32,000 nt of DNA from contig NZ_CP065936.1 of the NCBI RefSeq assembly GCF_003367075.2, forward strand, positions 1,620,001-1,652,000, written 5' to 3'. The first letter of the stretch is position 1. Each line of letters opens with the position of its first letter. Below the pieces are notes generated by a model. It was not told where the DNA came from. It ran no database searches and worked only from the letters and a program-made list of their open reading frames with translations. A program made the translations under genes and the position numbers. Positions 27,519 through 32,000 of this stretch are shown here, piece by piece. This stretch comes from Cylindrospermopsis raciborskii Cr2010 (GTDB lineage: Bacteria > Cyanobacteriota > Cyanobacteriia > Cyanobacteriales > Nostocaceae).

Positions 27519-28517
27519 TTACCTAGGAAATACTCTCACAAGAATTAGAATAGCTGTAATATTATCATGACCATTATACTCATTGGCTAAATCAATTAAA
27601 TTACTAAGACCTGATTCCAAATTGCCATTAGAAACGAGTAGAGGTAAGAGGTGGGTTTGCCAATGATTTTCTAACAAGTCATTATCTGATAGACCATCGG
27701 AAACCAGCAAAAATAGCGTATCTTCACATACCTCCAAGAAACTGATATCGGGATAAACCCCATCCCTAGGACCTAAAGCTTGAGTTAATTGATAAGCATC
27801 AGGGCGAGAATAAGCTATTTTAGCATCTACACCCTTAGAAATTTCTCGCTGGGCAACTTCATGATCTACAGTGATTTGCTCCAATCCTTTAGTTATCGTC
27901 ACAGAGTAAATTCGACTATCTCCCACATGACTAACTGCCAATTTATTATTGGACATAATTAACATAACCAGGGTAGTACCCATGCGACCAATACCAGAGC
28001 GCGAAGCTTCCTGATTAATATCATAAATAGCTTGATTAGTCACCAGTATAGATTGGCGAATCATTTCCAGGGTTGGTAATTCTCCCTCAACCCAATGCTG
28101 ATCAAAGTATTGTTTAATAGTATTAACAGCCAACTCGCTGGCCACTTCCCCTCCAGCATGTCCACCCATGCCATCACAGACAATGTATAGACCTCTTACC
28201 TGCAAGTACTGACCATGAGGTAATTCTACCTTTTGTTGCTCACTAGTAATACCAAAGTAATCCTCATTTTTTTGCCGTTGACGACCCACATTAGTACCCG
28301 CTACATATTCCACAGTTTTTAAATGCTTAGACAGCAAAGATGTTGGGGCGGTGTCCGACAATAACGGATTTTGTTCTCCATCATCCTGTAACAAAGTAGG
28401 CGATTCGCCCAAACTAGACTGGGAATTAACAGACCCTAAATTCAGAGGAGTACCACAGCTTTGACAAAATTTATGGTCATGGGGATTTTCAAATTGACAA
28501 GTGGGACAAATCAGCAT
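27519..28517 (-). CDS. PP2C-type serine/threonine phosphatase with N-terminal zinc ribbon
   Basis: Start at MLICPTCQFENPHDHKFCQSCGTPL (zinc ribbon); VGRQRQKNEDYFG, LYIVCDGMGGHAGGEVAS, IGRMGTTLVMLIM, AVSHVGDSRIY, LLVSDGLSD, HDNITAILI. Confidence 0.92.
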   Translation of the reverse strand: MLICPTCQFENPHDHKFCQSCGTPLNLGSVNSQSSLGESPTLLQDDGEQNPLLSDTAPTSLLSKHLKTVEYVAGTNVGRQRQKNEDYFGITSEQQKVELPHGQYLQVRGLYIVCDGMGGHAGGEVASELAVNTIKQYFDQHWVEGELPTLEMIRQSILVTNQAIYDINQEASRSGIGRMGTTLVMLIMSNNKLAVSHVGDSRIYSVTITKGLEQITVDHEVAQREISKGVDAKIAYSRPDAYQLTQALGPRDGVYPDISFLEVCEDTLFLLVSDGLSDNDLLENHWQTHLLPLLVSNGNLESGLSNLIDLANEYNGHDNITAILILVRVFPR

Positions 28518-28542
28518 ACTAAAAATTCCAGCGATTTCTCCA

Positions 28543-29121
28543 TTAAACAATTAAGTTGACCTCAACAGGACTAAGATAGCGCCAGGTACCTACCGGTAAA
28601 TCATCTAATTGTAGTTGAGCTATACGGACTCTAATTAACCGTAAGGTAGGAAAACCCACAGCAGCAGTCATACGTCTAACCTGACGGTTTTTTCCTTCCT
28701 TGAGGGTCATTTCCAACCAAGCGGTGGGAACGTTTTTCCTGAACCTGATGGGAGGGTAACGCTCACCAACAATTGGCTCTTCCAATAACAGTTTAACCTG
28801 AGCAGGAAGAGTGCGATAATTTTGAATTTCCACTCCCTGGCCCAATTTGGCAATAGCTACTGGGTCAGGAATGCGTTCTACCTGTACCCAATAGGTACGT
28901 TGGTGACCAAAACGGGGATTGGCAATATGGTGTTGTAATTTACCATCATTGGTTAGTAACAATAAACCCTCGCTATCCCAATCTAAACGCCCCACAGGAT
29001 AAACATCCGGGACATCAATATAGTCTTTGAGGGTAACATGTTCGGGGAGTTCCCGGGTAAATTGGCTCAGAACTCCATAGGGCTTATGAAAAATAATATA
29101 CTTGAAGTTGTGAGCCATCAT
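28543..29121 (-). CDS. Pseudouridine synthase, RsuA/RluE-like
   Basis: 192 aa; YIIFHKPYGVLSQF, VYPVGRLDWDSEGLLLLTNDG, KTYWV-like QRTYWVQVE, EMTLKEGKNRQVRRMTAAVGFPTLRLIR. Confidence 0.93.
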   Translation of the reverse strand: MMAHNFKYIIFHKPYGVLSQFTRELPEHVTLKDYIDVPDVYPVGRLDWDSEGLLLLTNDGKLQHHIANPRFGHQRTYWVQVERIPDPVAIAKLGQGVEIQNYRTLPAQVKLLLEEPIVGERYPPIRFRKNVPTAWLEMTLKEGKNRQVRRMTAAVGFPTLRLIRVRIAQLQLDDLPVGTWRYLSPVEVNLIV

Positions 29122-29154
29122 TTCTTAGCTTTCAACACTTGACAAGGTTCTATT

Positions 29155-30045
29155 ATGACCAAATTTAAAGTTCCTAGACGCTCCTTTTTACTTTTTGGAG
29201 GTGCCTTTTTAACCCAGATTTGGAGATTGGATTTGCCCGTTAGACCCACTACACCTAGTCAACCGAGTGTGACACCAACTATCATACCGACTGTGCGAGC
29301 ATATAGAAGTCAAATTAACGGTATTCCATTTTATCAAACAATCATTGATTTGAAAGACCCTAATATTTTTGTGACCATTGGTTTACCGAACGATGCCAAT
29401 TTTGCCAATACAATTAGTAGAACCAATGGCGATGAGAATTTTGACCAATTGGTTGCTCGCTCTGGCGCTGCGGTAGTGGTAAATGGTACTTTTGCTTCCA
29501 CAAATCCCCAAAAAACGGTTATGGGTAATCTGGTCGCAGGTGGAAGATTTTTAAAATATAGTCCATGGGAAAACTTTGGCACCACTTTGGGATTGGGTGT
29601 TGGTAATCGACCAGAAATGATAACAGCAAGGGTTGACGGTAGACCAGTATGGAATAAACACTGGTTTTCTATTACCTCTGGACCAAGATTATTGCGTAAT
29701 GGTGAAGTTTCGCTTAATCCCCGTCTTGAAGGTTTTAAAGACCCTACTGTTTTAGGTGCTAGTCTCAGAACCGCAATTGGTTTCTCTCAAGATGGCAAAA
29801 GACTGTTTTTGGCTAGTTTTGATGAGAAGTTATATTTAGATGAAGAAGCGGAGGCGATGAAAGCCATGGGTTGCTATGAAGCAATGAATTTAGACGGTGG
29901 ATCATCTAGAGCCTTAGCATCAGATAATGTAATTTTGGTCCCACCAACAAGAAAACTGACCAATGTGATTTTGGTTTATGATGGTAAAAATCCACCACCA
30001 GAAGAATTAAAATTATCCTGGGAAAGGTTTCAAACCAGAAGGTAA
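29155..30045 (+). CDS. Phosphodiester glycosidase (NAGPA-domain) family protein
   Basis: 296 aa; VNGTFASTNPQKTVMGNLVAGGRF, TAIGFSQDGKRLFLASFDEKLYLDEEAEAMKAMGCYEAMNLDGGSSRALAS. Confidence 0.85.
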   Translation: MTKFKVPRRSFLLFGGAFLTQIWRLDLPVRPTTPSQPSVTPTIIPTVRAYRSQINGIPFYQTIIDLKDPNIFVTIGLPNDANFANTISRTNGDENFDQLVARSGAAVVVNGTFASTNPQKTVMGNLVAGGRFLKYSPWENFGTTLGLGVGNRPEMITARVDGRPVWNKHWFSITSGPRLLRNGEVSLNPRLEGFKDPTVLGASLRTAIGFSQDGKRLFLASFDEKLYLDEEAEAMKAMGCYEAMNLDGGSSRALASDNVILVPPTRKLTNVILVYDGKNPPPEELKLSWERFQTRR

Positions 30046-30120
30046 GCTCTACCGAGATAGCTTGTGGAGTAGACAAACCTTTCAAGAATCATCTTGAGAC
30101 TACGATGAAACAGGAAGTAG

Positions 30121-31578
<1,458 letters not shown>

Positions 31579-31629
31579 GTCCGAACTCACAGATTGTGGC
31601 AGGCATTCTACCTGCTACAATTCCTACTG

Positions 31630-32000
31630 TCACATCTCTAACAGAATTTTCAAAACTCCTTTGGTCTGGGCTTTTTTAAAAGCGGCTAAACCCTCATTTA
31701 GGGGATAAGTTCCATGAACTAAATATGTTACATCTATCTGGTTTGTGGCTAATAGTTCCAGTGCTGGAGTAAATGCTCCACAACGAGAACCTACTAGGGT
31801 AATTTCATCAACTACTAGAGCAGAAGCATCCAAACTTAAATTTCCTGCGTAGGTACTTTTTAAAACCAATATACCTCTGGGACGTAAAGCTCGACGTGCA
31901 ACCGCAAATCCTTCCGCATTTCCTGTACAGTCAATGGCAATATCAAAGTATCTATCTTCTACCATATTGACTAAACCAGTTTTAATGTTTCTAGAAGAAA
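31630..32000 (-). CDS. C-terminal part of a medium-chain (zinc-type alcohol) dehydrogenase-like protein, truncated by window edge
   Basis: Frame stays open to the window end (SSRNIKTGLVNMVEDRYFDIAIDCTGNAEGFAVARRALRPRGILVLKSTYAGNLSLDASALVVDEITLVGSRCGAFTPALELLA). Confidence 0.8.
   Translation of the reverse strand, partial: SSRNIKTGLVNMVEDRYFDIAIDCTGNAEGFAVARRALRPRGILVLKSTYAGNLSLDASALVVDEITLVGSRCGAFTPALELLATNQIDVTYLVHGTYPLNEGLAAFKKAQTKGVLKILLEM

Noticed and set aside
27363-27548. 61-aa ORF MLSNRIYIYAVGLLGFVPQPN...
   Set aside because: It runs through the hairpin repeat and into the 3' end of the PP2C gene; best explained as repeat-derived open frame.

Overview
This is a cyanobacterial chromosomal window. 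GCGATCGC (HIP1-like) octamers, a COP23-like protein and the gene content point to a heterocystous/Nostocales-type genome; this is an inference, not a database result. Order of content: (1) a minus-strand export operon encoding a parvulin-type PPIase, an ABC exporter with an N-terminal cNMP-binding region and a C39-like domain whose catalytic residues appear lost, and an HlyD-type adaptor. (2) A signalling cluster: a minus-strand REC-wHTH-HPt-degenerate GGDEF regulator divergent from two tandem, closely related Cache/HAMP/PAS/PAS histidine kinases and a stand-alone receiver. The three co-directional genes carry related leader sequences, and the kinase paralogues share a 391-bp identical tract. 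(3) A COP23-like protein, two CAP/SCP-domain paralogues with a pirin between them, and RNase D. (4) A decayed AAA/PD-(D/E)XK gene with an internal deletion, further interrupted by a complete IS630-type element with TIRs and TA duplication; removing the element restores the reading frame. (5) An OmpR-type regulator, an endonuclease/exonuclease/phosphatase-family protein, cytochrome c oxidase genes ctaC-ctaD-ctaE, and divergent ctaA-ctaB. (6) A two-copy hairpin-bearing intergenic repeat, a PP2C phosphatase, a pseudouridine synthase, a phosphodiester glycosidase, thiC and a partial dehydrogenase. I see no convincing new defence system or CRISPR array. The strongest candidates for follow-up are the kinase/HPt signalling cluster and the export operon with a dead C39 domain.
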